This document shows positions 20,219 through 29,618 of a stretch of 35,111 bases of DNA, in pieces. The stretch is from an archaeon (GTDB taxonomy: Archaea; Iainarchaeota; Iainarchaeia; Iainarchaeales; 0-14-0-20-34-12). The DNA is taken from the NCBI GenBank assembly GCA_038046645.1, contig JBBSVU010000011.1, positions 7,778-42,888 of the forward strand. The letters run 5' to 3'. Position 1 is the stretch's first letter. Each line of letters begins with the position of its first letter. The translations under genes were made by a program, and so were the position numbers. The notes beneath the pieces are model-generated. The model was not told the origin of the DNA. It searched no databases and saw only the letters and a list, made by a program, of their open reading frames with translations.

Positions 20219-20596
20219 ATGGTTGAAAAAAATGAAATTTACAAATGTTCTGTTTGCGGAAATATTGTTGAAATACTGCATGTTGGCGGCGGAAATTTAG
20301 TTTGCTGTGGAAAGCCAATGGATTTACTGAAAGAGAATACTGTTGATGCTTCTTTGGAGAAACATGTGCCTGTTATAGAAAAAACAGCCACAGGGTTTAA
20401 AGTTAAAATTGGTTCAATCCCGCACCCAATGGAAGAAAAGCATTACATTGAATTCATTGAAATTATTGCAGACGGCATTGTTTATAAAAAATTCCTGAAT
20501 CCAGGGGAAAAACCTGAAGCAGAATTCTGCATCAGTGCAAAACAAGTAACTGCAAGGGAATATTGCAATCTGCACGGTTTATGGAAATCCCAATAA
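20219..20596 (+). CDS. dfx: Desulfoferrodoxin (2Fe superoxide reductase)
   Basis: YKCSVCGN...[32 protein letters not shown] before ATG 20219. Confidence 0.97.
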   Translation: MVEKNEIYKCSVCGNIVEILHVGGGNLVCCGKPMDLLKENTVDASLEKHVPVIEKTATGFKVKIGSIPHPMEEKHYIEFIEIIADGIVYKKFLNPGEKPEAEFCISAKQVTAREYCNLHGLWKSQ

Positions 20597-20635
20597 GGAT
20601 TTCCTATCCTTTCTATTTTTGCTTGTGCATGCCAT

Positions 20636-21277
20636 ATGGATGATTTAAAATTATTGAAGCATATTCAGGAACTTAAGGATTCTGATATTAGGCAGAAAAT
20701 TGACAGAAGAATCTTAGAATTTAAATCGCTCGGGGAGAAATCAAATGCCTTATTGTTCTCCGAACTCTGCTTCTGCATCCTTACTGCAAATTTCAATGCC
20801 GAAAAAACCATCAGGGTTCAAAAAGAAATAAAGCCAAGCGGATTTTTGGCCCTTTCAGAAGGGAAATTAGCCAAAAAACTGAAAAAACTAGGGCACAGAT
20901 ACCCAAACACGAGGGCAAAATATATTGTTGAAGCAAGGAAATTTGCCCGAAATCTTGGACAGCTAATTAAATCCCAAAAAACAGATAGTGAAGCAAGGGA
21001 TTTCTTCGCAAAAAATGTGAAAGGCCTGGGATACAAAGAATCAAGCCATTTTTTGCGGAATATCGGTTTTGAGAATTTAGCAATAATTGATTTCCATATT
21101 GTTGACCTGCTTGCACGCTTCCATTTAATTAAAAAACCAGAATCAAAAGCACTAAACAAGAAGCGCTATCTGGAAATAGAATCCATATTGCAGAGGATTG
21201 CAAAAACATGCGGATTGAACCTAGCGGAACTTGATTTGTATTTGTGGTTTATGGAAACAGGGAAATTGCTGAAATAG
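20636..21277 (+). CDS. ogg: N-glycosylase/DNA lyase (8-oxoguanine DNA glycosylase)
   Basis: ELCFCILTAN, HhH KGLGYKESSHFLRNIG, AIIDFH, ELDLYLW. Confidence 0.92.
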   Translation: MDDLKLLKHIQELKDSDIRQKIDRRILEFKSLGEKSNALLFSELCFCILTANFNAEKTIRVQKEIKPSGFLALSEGKLAKKLKKLGHRYPNTRAKYIVEARKFARNLGQLIKSQKTDSEARDFFAKNVKGLGYKESSHFLRNIGFENLAIIDFHIVDLLARFHLIKKPESKALNKKRYLEIESILQRIAKTCGLNLAELDLYLWFMETGKLLK

Positions 21278-21502
21278 CCTTATTAATTATGTTAACTGTC
21301 GGATATTTATGAAAAATGGCTTGAAATGTGTATTTTGCCCCTTAGGCAATGTTTTAAAAAGTTCCATCTGCTATATTAATAGAAATGTTAATGTTTTTTA
21401 ACATTTTTTGAAAGCTTTCAGTAAGGAAATTGATGTTATTCTTTTTCTTTAATCATTTTATTGATTATTGTTAGCTTTTTTTATTTAAAGGGGTGACATG
21501 CA

Positions 21503-21658
21503 ATGGCTGATGACCAATTCAGTAGAAAGTTATTCAAAGTAACTTGTGCTGATTGCGGGCAAGAAACTGAAGTTCCATTTGAACCAGATGGCACTAGGCC
21601 GGTTTACTGCAAAGACTGCTATCAAAAGCACAAAAAACCACGTAGAGATAGATACTAA
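21503..21658 (+). CDS. CxxC-x17-CxxC zinc-ribbon small protein, 51 aa
   Basis: Manual translation MADDQFSRKLFKVTCADCGQETEVPFEPDGTRPVYCKDCYQKHKKPRRDRY; GGGGTGA RBS. Confidence 0.92.
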   Translation: MADDQFSRKLFKVTCADCGQETEVPFEPDGTRPVYCKDCYQKHKKPRRDRY

Positions 21659-21725
21659 CTAATAGATACTAATTCTGACAATTAGTTTTCAAATCTTTAC
21701 AAATTTTTTTATTTTATATTATTTT

Positions 21726-22103
21726 TTATTTTATAATTTTTTCCAAACTTATTTTTTGCATTATCTCTTTAGGTATTTTTCTTAACCCGTATTTTGTCAT
21801 TTTTTTATTTTTAACCATCTTTTTTACTCTAACTATGTTGTGCGGAGACCAAACACTTTTAGCCCTTCTTGGGCTGAACCTTACAATATGTTTTTCTTTC
21901 CCCAAACTTTTCAGTATTCCATCAATCCAGCCATAACACAGGGCTTCTTCAACTGCACCCGTGTACAGAATTCCCTTTCCCAAATGTTTCTTGTAAAAAA
22001 GCAGCCATAATTCCTTCTTTTTATTGTGGTTTTTCCTCAACCATTTTCTGAATTCATTCCTTGAATTAAAATAAATTGTTTCCCCTATTTCCATTTGCTC
22101 CAC
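21726..22103 (-). CDS. YdeI/OmpD-associated family protein (N-terminal domain only)
   Basis: FRKWLRKNH, AVEEALCYGWIDG, RFSPRRAKSVWS. Confidence 0.88.
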   Translation of the reverse strand: MEQMEIGETIYFNSRNEFRKWLRKNHNKKKELWLLFYKKHLGKGILYTGAVEEALCYGWIDGILKSLGKEKHIVRFSPRRAKSVWSPHNIVRVKKMVKNKKMTKYGLRKIPKEIMQKISLEKIIK

Positions 22104-22127
22104 TCTTTTTCAATAAATTAATTTTGG

Positions 22128-22241
22128 TTACCGATGAACATTAGTGTACTGGTCCCACTCATCTACAGGTATGACTTTTGTTAATGATTCAATTATGCTT
22201 AACACAATTGCTCTTTTCCATAACTTTCGAATTCTTTGCAT
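22128..22241 (-). CDS. Possible 37-aa leaderless small protein
   Basis: MQRIRKLWKRAIVLSIIESLTKVIPVDEWDQYTNVHR, ends just upstream of the YdeI-family gene; TTTAAG box upstream. Confidence 0.25.
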   Translation of the reverse strand: MQRIRKLWKRAIVLSIIESLTKVIPVDEWDQYTNVHR

Positions 22242-22326
22242 ATATACTTTTATGTTATTAAACCTTAAATGTATTTGGAATTAAACTTAGCATTAATATA
22301 AATAGTTTATGCAATTTATTTTTTAT

Positions 22327-22827
22327 ATGGGTAAAAACAGCAGGCGCAAAGCCGAAAGGCGTAAACAGCCAGAACGCAAGGTTCCACAAGAAGTAGCCAG
22401 GCGTGTTTCGTTATTGAATCAGGAAGTGCAAAGATTAACTGCTGAACTGCCTGTTCTTCAAAGAAGGGTAGCTCAAGCCCAGGAGATTCTTAGGTTAAAG
22501 GCTAAGCGGCCAGAAGGGCCCTCTAAAGTGGATTTCGGAGAGTTTATTACTGCTAATATTAGATTTTATACTGCTGCTGTAAGGCAGATGGAAGCTGGTG
22601 ATAAGCTATTTGCTCTGCATCAACAATATGGCGGCCATGTTGGTTTGAGCCAATTTACTGAGCACAATCAACAGATGATTGAATCAAGAAGAAGTATTTT
22701 GAGTTTATTCCAGGGATTGCACATGAGTTTTGATAATTCTGACTATAACGTATTTCTAACTAAATTAAATCAAACATTGCCTGTTATCACAGGATTAATG
22801 AGAAATCCAAACCAACTTGTCCACTAA
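22327..22827 (+). CDS. Hypothetical helical protein with basic N-terminus
   Basis: Probable start MGKNSRRKAERRK; coiled-coil-like segment. Confidence 0.7.
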   Translation: MGKNSRRKAERRKQPERKVPQEVARRVSLLNQEVQRLTAELPVLQRRVAQAQEILRLKAKRPEGPSKVDFGEFITANIRFYTAAVRQMEAGDKLFALHQQYGGHVGLSQFTEHNQQMIESRRSILSLFQGLHMSFDNSDYNVFLTKLNQTLPVITGLMRNPNQLVH

Positions 22828-22857
22828 TTAGGAATTTACTTAATGCTAACTAGCAGA

Positions 22858-23826
22858 TTATTGAAACGCAGTAGGGTGCTTGAAAAAAGCCCTTGCATAC
22901 ATTGCTTCTGCCTTTATTCCTGCAAATGCCTTTGCCCTATTTGCTACTTTTGCAGCATATGCTTTTCCTGCCTGCCTTTTCTCTTTTTTAGTGAAATATC
23001 CTGTAAGCCCTTTGTTGTAAGAACCTCTTGCTGCTTGCAATTGATTGTCATATCCTACAATGCCACGTTTAGCAGCCATATTCATTAAATATCTTAAGTA
23101 GCCAATGCCTGCATCAAGATTGCATAAAGGATCAAATGTATTCCACTTTCTATCATTTGAAAATCTTCTTAAGCCTAACCGCATTATCTCTTCTTCAGCC
23201 AAAGGGGTAATCTGCATTAACCCTAAATCATTGTTTCTGCCAACAGCTTTTTCATTAAAAGTGCTTTCCTGCATTATTTGCCCCAACACATCTTCAGGCT
23301 TAATGCCATGCGCTGCAGCAAATTCAGAAGCAATGAATTGCAATACTAATATTCTTTCAGCAGAAACTTTTGCTTTCCTGTCTCTTGGTGCTTTTGTTTG
23401 TGCAAGCAGTCTTTCATATGCCGGAATTCTGCCTTCTATATCTTCTGGCCTAATATTGCTCAAAGGTTTATATTTTAATTTCGGCAGTTTGATTCTCTTA
23501 AATTCTTCTTTTGCTTTGCGTGCAGCTTCCTTGCTATTTCTAAATACTTCTTTGCGCTCAATTTGATTTTGCATTCTTAGCTTTCTGCTAGAAACAGTGT
23601 TTCCTTGATCAGTAAATCTGCCTTGTTTAGCTGCATTGTTTGCATTTCCTGAATTTATTGCAGCAGTTGTTTGTGCCTGCCTTGCTTCAGGGGTTAATGC
23701 CTTGCCAATAAAATAACCCGCAGGAAGCATTGCAGCAGCACCTATTGCCCCTACAAGCGCTATTCTTCTAAGTTTTCTTGAATGTCTTAGTGCTTCTATC
23801 AAACTAGGTCTTCTTCTTGTCGGCAT
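22858..23826 (-). CDS. Membrane-anchored lytic transglycosylase (SLT/GH23 domain)
   Basis: IMQESTF (catalytic Glu), GLMQI, FDPxxNLDAGIGYL, SYNKG; basic N-terminus followed by a hydrophobic helix. Confidence 0.9.
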   Translation of the reverse strand: MPTRRRPSLIEALRHSRKLRRIALVGAIGAAAMLPAGYFIGKALTPEARQAQTTAAINSGNANNAAKQGRFTDQGNTVSSRKLRMQNQIERKEVFRNSKEAARKAKEEFKRIKLPKLKYKPLSNIRPEDIEGRIPAYERLLAQTKAPRDRKAKVSAERILVLQFIASEFAAAHGIKPEDVLGQIMQESTFNEKAVGRNNDLGLMQITPLAEEEIMRLGLRRFSNDRKWNTFDPLCNLDAGIGYLRYLMNMAAKRGIVGYDNQLQAARGSYNKGLTGYFTKKEKRQAGKAYAAKVANRAKAFAGIKAEAMYARAFFKHPTAFQ

Positions 23827-23910
23827 AAATTATTTTTTACAGAAAGTGTTTTAACCAGCTTTATTAGCTTTAAAATCAGATTTTGAAGATTGAAACCGAA
23901 AGGTATATAA

Positions 23911-23960
23911 ATATCATGATATATTATGATAGTATATGACTAATCATGACATCGCTGTCA
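23911..23960. promoter_or_regulatory. Operator-like array: four ATGA(T/C) at exact 10-bp period
   Basis: ATATCATGAT ATATTATGAT AGTATATGAC TAATCATGAC directly after TATA-like TATATAAA; 12-bp palindrome at 23911-23922. Confidence 0.55.
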
Positions 23961-24463
23961 GTGGCAAAATGAATAATGAACAATTGTCAGAACTCCTTAA
24001 AAAGGTTGCTCCGCAGTACAGCGAGCTTTCCCTGGATGTCTCTGATGTTGCGAAATTTGCCAATGATCCTGTATTTTTGGCTATGCTGATGTTCCAGCTC
24101 ACAAAAGAGAGGGAAAGAACAAACCAGTTGCTTGAGAGGCTGGAAGAGAAGTTTGACAAAATAATGCTCATACTTAAAACAAAGGGAATAGAGTCTTCCA
24201 CTCTAAACACACAGAACACACAGCAGAGTTTTGAAGTCCTGCCGGAACAGGATGAAAAAATTTTGCATTTAGCAGAACTAAAAAAAAGAATAACCTGTGA
24301 AGAGGTCCAAGTAGAGTTAGGCTACAAGGGTCATAATGGTGCTTCACAGCGTTTAAATAAGCTTATGAAGGAGGGACATTTGAAGAAGGTTAAAGCAGGA
24401 AGAAAAGTCTATTTTGTTCTTGCTTGTGATGCTGATTCTACCGAGAATCAAATCCCCCAATAA
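23936..24463 (+). CDS. Coiled-coil plus C-terminal winged-helix protein
   Basis: ERERTNQLLERLEEKFDKI coil; QDEKIL...ITCEEVQVELGY...ASQRLNKLMKEGHLKKVKAGRKVYF wHTH pattern; start may be ATG 23969. Confidence 0.8.
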   Translation: MTNHDIAVSGKMNNEQLSELLKKVAPQYSELSLDVSDVAKFANDPVFLAMLMFQLTKERERTNQLLERLEEKFDKIMLILKTKGIESSTLNTQNTQQSFEVLPEQDEKILHLAELKKRITCEEVQVELGYKGHNGASQRLNKLMKEGHLKKVKAGRKVYFVLACDADSTENQIPQ

Positions 24464-24708
24464 CCTTCCACTCCCAACCAACAAATGTCCCTTCCTCCTT
24501 TGCCTTAACCCCTTTTCTTTCTCTTTAATCTATTTTTTTGAAATTAATATTAATTATTTTGAAAGAGAAAGAAAATTCGTTAACGGTCAAAAGAAAGAGA
24601 AAACTAATCTAAAAAATTTAATTTTTGCAGCCTTACGTCAAGAACAAGAAATAAAATAAAAATAAGAAAGGGGCTTTTAACCCCAAGGTCTGCTAATGAT
24701 GTAACTAT

Positions 24709-25074
24709 TTACTTAGCTGCATCAACAGTTTTACCCATTACGTAGATAGCCTTCAAAGCCAAGATTATGGCTGCTGGGGCTACGAACACTACAATCTGGT
24801 TTATTATGCCCTGTAGATAAGTTCCTAATGGATTAAGAACCGCATCTAATGGCAATAATGTAACGTTCCCTACTGACATTAAAGCTATTGTGGCTACTAA
24901 AAATGGGATTAATTCTTTATCGGATACATTCAGGAATCCTACGATTAAACCTAGGACTACTAACAAAAGGGTTACATACCCCATATACCCTGCTACTAAA
25001 GAACCTCCGACTGCTGCTACTATTGCTAATAGCACACCTAAAATAAAGGCTATACTTCCTAACTGTTCACTCAC
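24709..25074 (-). CDS. Small 4-TM membrane protein
   Basis: Four hydrophobic segments; strong GGAGGTG RBS, GTG start. Confidence 0.8.
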   Translation of the reverse strand: MSEQLGSIAFILGVLLAIVAAVGGSLVAGYMGYVTLLLVVLGLIVGFLNVSDKELIPFLVATIALMSVGNVTLLPLDAVLNPLGTYLQGIINQIVVFVAPAAIILALKAIYVMGKTVDAAK

Positions 25075-25198
25075 AGTTACACCTCCATGTATACTTTTAA
25101 TAATAATTAACCATCTATTTAAAGCTATCTGTCTATGCTTTTTTCGACTATTGACTACATTTGCTATATATTATATATTGTAAAAGTAACTGCTTAAA

Positions 25199-25759
25199 TT
25201 AGATTTTTGGGTTAATCTGCTTTCTTGTTTCTGGCTTTGAATAATCAAATGTATCCTGTTTTTTGAGTATAAAATGGCATTCCTTTTCGTTATTCAATGA
25301 GCATTTTGTCTCAACACAATCAATGTCATCATCAAACACATTTGAAAAAATAGCTGCTAACATTCCTCTTATTATATGGTCTGCATTCTCAGTTGGGGTT
25401 TTTATGATTGCAGTAAAAGGATTGTCAATTAATGCAACAATTGCTTGTTTTTCTTTATGATTTACATTTATTACCTGCAGCAGCCCCCAGCCTGAATAAG
25501 AAAGATATTCAATCCAGAATGACAGTAATTCTTCCTTGTTTCTGAATTCAATCTGCGAACTTTTCTTTATTTGTACTTTTATATTTTCTTTTATATCATA
25601 GTAAAGCTTTCTGCAGAATTCCTCATCCTTAGAGGCAATCAACGAGGCAAAAACAGCCAAAGGGCTTATTATGAATGGTTCATTTGCCATATAAAAATTA
25701 TTGTGGATAAATTTCAGATTGTTTGTAAAAATAAATTTATCAAAGAATCTATTCAGCAT
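25199..25759 (-). CDS. V4R (4-vinyl reductase) domain protein
   Basis: SGWG, RGMLAAIFS, CVETKC...ECHF. Confidence 0.85.
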   Translation of the reverse strand: MLNRFFDKFIFTNNLKFIHNNFYMANEPFIISPLAVFASLIASKDEEFCRKLYYDIKENIKVQIKKSSQIEFRNKEELLSFWIEYLSYSGWGLLQVINVNHKEKQAIVALIDNPFTAIIKTPTENADHIIRGMLAAIFSNVFDDDIDCVETKCSLNNEKECHFILKKQDTFDYSKPETRKQINPKI

Positions 25760-26030
25760 TTTGATTCCCCTTCAAAATTTGGTGTATGGTTCTGTATTTT
25801 TCAACATCAATCGGCCAGACAATTAGTGAATTCCCAACCCTTTTGCTTAACAATAAATGTTTTTCAATAAGTTTTTTCAGGTAATAAGAATATTTTGTTG
25901 AGGCTTTTCTCTTCTCTTCCCTTGATTTTGTATTCTCTTTCATGTGCTCTGCAATCTCCAAAGCAGAAATAGGCCAATATTCTTTAATTATTTCAAGAAT
26001 AACAGTTTCTCTATCAATTATCGCTGGCAT
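25749..26030 (-). CDS. Winged-helix DNA-binding protein
   Basis: ILEIIKEYWPISALEIA...YYLKKLIEKHLLLSKRVGN; overlaps V4R gene start. Confidence 0.75.
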   Translation of the reverse strand: MPAIIDRETVILEIIKEYWPISALEIAEHMKENTKSREEKRKASTKYSYYLKKLIEKHLLLSKRVGNSLIVWPIDVEKYRTIHQILKGNQNAE

Positions 26031-26099
26031 GCCAATATCATATATACCTTAATCTAACTTATATTTAAATATTTGCCAGAAATAGTCTGGCATGCCAGA
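26025..26099. promoter_or_regulatory. Repeated palindromic operator TGGCATGCCA flanking a TATA box
   Basis: 26025-26034 (over start codon); TCTGGCATGCCAGA 26086-26099; half-site TGCCAGA 26074-26080; ATATTTAAATAT 26061-26072. Confidence 0.6.
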
Positions 26100-26179
26100 T
26101 TTTAGGATTTGTAATTGCCTATTTAGGTGATTTGAACTTAAGTAAAATAAAAAACAGTTAGATAGGGCTTTTCTTTAGT

Positions 26180-26668
26180 TTATTCTTTTACTAAGGGTTC
26201 TTCATATTCTTGACCATGTGCGATTCCCAAGTAAAATCTTCTTTTTATTTTGTATTCTTTTGCAATCCTGTCAAACAATTCAGGTGCTTTTTTCCTTTGA
26301 AGCCCAAAATATCTAGGGCCTTTCCCATCTTGGCTTCTTACCTCAAAAACTAGTTCATCATATGTGCTTTCAGAAATAAGTTTGCCAAAAGTAACTGCTA
26401 AATTAGCTACTTTTACTAGGTCTTCTTTTCTCACTCTTAACACAGCGCGTATTTTTTTCCCAACCTCTGTGTTTGCTGGAAGTTCTATTGGTGTACTTTG
26501 GTTAAACCTATTTCTATAATCCGAATAAGTAATTTTATGCCCTTCGGAATAAGTTCCAAACCTGTTTCTGCTTAAAACCCTCTTAATCAAGCTTCTTTTT
26601 GCAGGCCCTTTATTCTCGCCCCTTGGCTTTTGTACTGGTTTTCTTGCAACAGGTTTTTTTATAGGCAT
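26180..26668 (-). CDS. Hypothetical basic protein
   Basis: Starts MPIKKPVARKPVQKPR; AGGTGG RBS. Confidence 0.75.
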   Translation of the reverse strand: MPIKKPVARKPVQKPRGENKGPAKRSLIKRVLSRNRFGTYSEGHKITYSDYRNRFNQSTPIELPANTEVGKKIRAVLRVRKEDLVKVANLAVTFGKLISESTYDELVFEVRSQDGKGPRYFGLQRKKAPELFDRIAKEYKIKRRFYLGIAHGQEYEEPLVKE

Positions 26669-26775
26669 TCAATTCCACCTTTTGTCTAATTCTAACTATA
26701 ATTATGACTATGCGGATTTAACTTAATAAATCTATGCAGTATGTAAAAAAATAATTATTCGCAAATATTGCTTTT

Positions 26776-27213
26776 TCACATTTCCTCAAGCACAATCATT
26801 GAAACTGTTTTGTCAATGCCGTCAATGCTTCTCAAATCTTTTGTGATAAAAGTATCCAAATCCCTTATGCTTGCACACCTTATTTTTACCAGCAAATCTG
26901 TCTGCCCTGTCACAATATCCACAGAATCCACGCAGCTGAATTTTTTTATGTGCTTTGCAATCTCTTGCTGTGTAATTTTTCTCCCAGCAAGCTGCTGGTT
27001 GACAGTAACCATAATATATGCTGCCAACGCCAATCCTAATTTTTCATTATCTACTTGAATAGTATATTTCTTAATCAATTTTTCTTTATGCATCCTTTTG
27101 ATTCTGTTATGCACAGTTGTCAAGGGTATATGCGTTTTTTTGGAAATTTCCCTGTGCGATAAAGATGAATCTTCCTTCAATGCCCGTATAATTAACCTGT
27201 CTTTTTCATCCAT
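26776..27213 (-). CDS. Lrp/AsnC family transcriptional regulator
   Basis: MDEKDRLII...TTVHNRIKRM...IKKYT HTH; VTGQTDLLVK RAM domain. Confidence 0.95.
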   Translation of the reverse strand: MDEKDRLIIRALKEDSSLSHREISKKTHIPLTTVHNRIKRMHKEKLIKKYTIQVDNEKLGLALAAYIMVTVNQQLAGRKITQQEIAKHIKKFSCVDSVDIVTGQTDLLVKIRCASIRDLDTFITKDLRSIDGIDKTVSMIVLEEM

Positions 27214-27252
27214 TCCTCTCACCCAATTATAGCTATTCTAATTATGCTAATA

Positions 27253-27319
27253 TGGAACAAATGTTCCAAAATTTATTTAAATATAGCTATTTTTAGTAAA
27301 ATTTTCCATTTTTTTGGAA
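27253..27319. promoter_or_regulatory. Putative Lrp operator palindromes between divergent regulator and asnA
   Basis: TGGAACA-aa-TGTTCCA 27253-27268; TTCCA...TGGAA 27304-27319. Confidence 0.5.
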
Positions 27320-27383
27320 TTATCTTTATATATGCGATTTAGTCTTATTTAGTATTAACTAAATCTAACTGAATGGTGAAAGC

Positions 27384-28304
27384 ATGGAAAGGGTAATACA
27401 GCATATTTTGAGCAAGGAAATGAAAGATGTTTTGACAGTCCAAACAACCGCATTGAAAGCAATCCATGATTATATGTGGAAGCATGATATATTGCAATTA
27501 ATGCCGGTTATGCTTTCCTCAGTAACAGACCCATTGTGCCACAGCGTATATGACTCATCAATATCCTATGGCGGGCAAAAGCTTGAACTAACAAAAAGCA
27601 TGATTTTGCACAAGCAATTATCAATGATGCGCGGTGATTTGAAAGGAATTTATATCATATCGCCGAACATCCGTCTTGAAAAAGAGCATTTGGGTGAAAC
27701 CGGAAGGCATCTGTTAGAATTTAGCCAGGTAGATATTGAACTAAGAGATGCAAAATACAAGGATTTTATGAGATTTACTGAAGGATTATATTCACATATC
27801 TTCAAATTTGTGAGAAAGGAATGCAAAGAAGAGCTTTCTGCTTTTGGAAGAAAAATCAAAGTCCCAAAAAAACCATTTAAGATTTATGAATCGGCAATGG
27901 AATTAAAGAAGGAATATGGCCCTTCCTTTGACCTAGAGCTTTCAAAAAAAGAAAAGGATTTGTTTTGGGTGATGGACCATTACCGTGAATTTTATGATAG
28001 GGAAGACCCTGTAACTAAGAGGCACGTGAATTATGATTTAATGTATCCTGAAGGTTTTGGTGAAGCACTGTCAGGAGGGGAAAGGGAAACAGACCATAAA
28101 ACAATACTCAGAAAAATGGGTGAAAGAAAAACCGATATCAGCAAATATAAGCCATATGTTGAAATCTCAAAAAGAGGCTTGTTGAAACCTACTGCTGGCG
28201 GCGGTTTTGGGGTAGAACGTTTAGTAAGATTCCTAACAGGAAAAAAACACATAAAGGATGTTTCATTATTCCCAAGGGTTCCAGGGGAAGAAATAATTGT
28301 TTAA
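27384..28304 (+). CDS. asnA: Archaeal asparagine synthetase A (AsnRS-like, lacking anticodon-binding domain)
   Basis: SSVTDPL, LTKSMILHKQ, SPNIRLE, RHLLEFSQVDIE, EALSGGERE, GGGFGVERL. Confidence 0.93.
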   Translation: MERVIQHILSKEMKDVLTVQTTALKAIHDYMWKHDILQLMPVMLSSVTDPLCHSVYDSSISYGGQKLELTKSMILHKQLSMMRGDLKGIYIISPNIRLEKEHLGETGRHLLEFSQVDIELRDAKYKDFMRFTEGLYSHIFKFVRKECKEELSAFGRKIKVPKKPFKIYESAMELKKEYGPSFDLELSKKEKDLFWVMDHYREFYDREDPVTKRHVNYDLMYPEGFGEALSGGERETDHKTILRKMGERKTDISKYKPYVEISKRGLLKPTAGGGFGVERLVRFLTGKKHIKDVSLFPRVPGEEIIV

Positions 28305-28341
28305 ATCCTTCCACTTCTTTTATTCTGTTATTGGTGATATT

Positions 28342-28860
28342 TTGGCTGTCAAAAAAATACTGCTGTTAGGCAACAAAATTTTGCGTAAAAAAAGCAAAAA
28401 AGTTTCTCTGCAGCAAATCGATAAAAAACTTATTGCTGATTTGAAAGACACCCTGCTTGATTTTAGGAAAAAAGAAGGCTTAGGCAGGGGAATAGCTGCT
28501 CCGCAAATAGGCATAACCAAAAGAATGCTCTGTATAATCACCAAAGAATTTTCAGGAATTATGATTAATCCGAAAATTGTGAAAAAAAGCAAGAAAAAAA
28601 TTAAAGTTTGGGACAGCTGCTTTAGCTTAAAAGCCGCGATTTTCTGCAAGGTTTTAAGACATAAGGAAATTGAGGTTGAATTTTTTGATGAAAAAGGAAA
28701 AAAGCAGAAAATTGCCGCAAAGGATGCCTTGTCTGAATTATTGCAGCATGAAATCGACCATTTGGGCGGAATAATGTGCACCGACTTAATCAAATCAACA
28801 AAAGACATCATCATGCGAGAGGAATGGGAAAAGAAGGGCAAACCGTTTTTGGCTGATTGA
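28342..28860 (+). CDS. def: Peptide deformylase-like protein
   Basis: GRGIAAPQIG, variant DSCFS, QHEIDHL; GGTGA RBS before TTG 28342. Confidence 0.88.
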   Translation: MAVKKILLLGNKILRKKSKKVSLQQIDKKLIADLKDTLLDFRKKEGLGRGIAAPQIGITKRMLCIITKEFSGIMINPKIVKKSKKKIKVWDSCFSLKAAIFCKVLRHKEIEVEFFDEKGKKQKIAAKDALSELLQHEIDHLGGIMCTDLIKSTKDIIMREEWEKKGKPFLAD

Positions 28861-28944
28861 TTCCATTAATTTTTCACAAAACCTTTTTTGGTAAAATAGT
28901 TAAAAACAAAGGTTTTATATACTTTTCAGACAATTCATACTAGT

Positions 28945-29211
28945 GTGAATAATATGAATAAATTGAAAACAGTAGAAATAGGATCCAGAGGACAACTTGT
29001 GATACCCCAAGAATTTAGGAGAGATTTGGGAATAGAAGACAAAGAGACATTAGTTATAATTGAATCAAATAATCAACTTATAATATCAAAACAGCAGGAT
29101 GTAATGCAAAAGCTTCAGAACAAAGAACAGTATGAACTTCTTTCAGAAAAAGCGTTAGGCAAGGTTTGGAATAACAAAAAGGATGATGTCTGGGAAAAAT
29201 ATTTAAGGTGA
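28945..29211 (+). CDS. AbrB/MazE-family antitoxin
   Basis: IGSRGQLVIPQEFRRDLGI; stop overlaps toxin start (GTGA). Confidence 0.88.
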   Translation: MNNMNKLKTVEIGSRGQLVIPQEFRRDLGIEDKETLVIIESNNQLIISKQQDVMQKLQNKEQYELLSEKALGKVWNNKKDDVWEKYLR

Positions 29212-29546
29212 TTTCTGTGAAACAAAAAAGTGTCATTCTGACAAGATTTCCATTTACTAATCTTAGAGATTATAAAATAAGGCCGGCAGTTATAGTTTCT
29301 AATGAAAAATACAACAAAAGCCACAGCGATTTTATTATTTGCCCAATCACTACCAAACAAACTATGGCTGACTTCGAAATTCTCATAGATAAGGGAAATT
29401 TTTCAGGTTATCTTGAAGAAATAAGCTTTATCAGAACTGATGTTATTGCCACGATAGATAAAGAATTGAGCATTAAAGAAATTGGTCAAATATCTGAATC
29501 ATTATTTGAGAAATTATTAATTAAATTACAAAAAAATTGGCAATAA
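29208..29546 (+). CDS. PemK/MazF-family toxin
   Basis: FPFTN...KIRPAVIVSN...ICPITT. Confidence 0.9.
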   Translation: MISVKQKSVILTRFPFTNLRDYKIRPAVIVSNEKYNKSHSDFIICPITTKQTMADFEILIDKGNFSGYLEEISFIRTDVIATIDKELSIKEIGQISESLFEKLLIKLQKNWQ

Positions 29547-29618
29547 TAGCCAACTTTAGAATGATTAAGTAATTTAAATGAATTCTATTATATTAGAGTA
29601 AACTAATCAGGTATTTTT

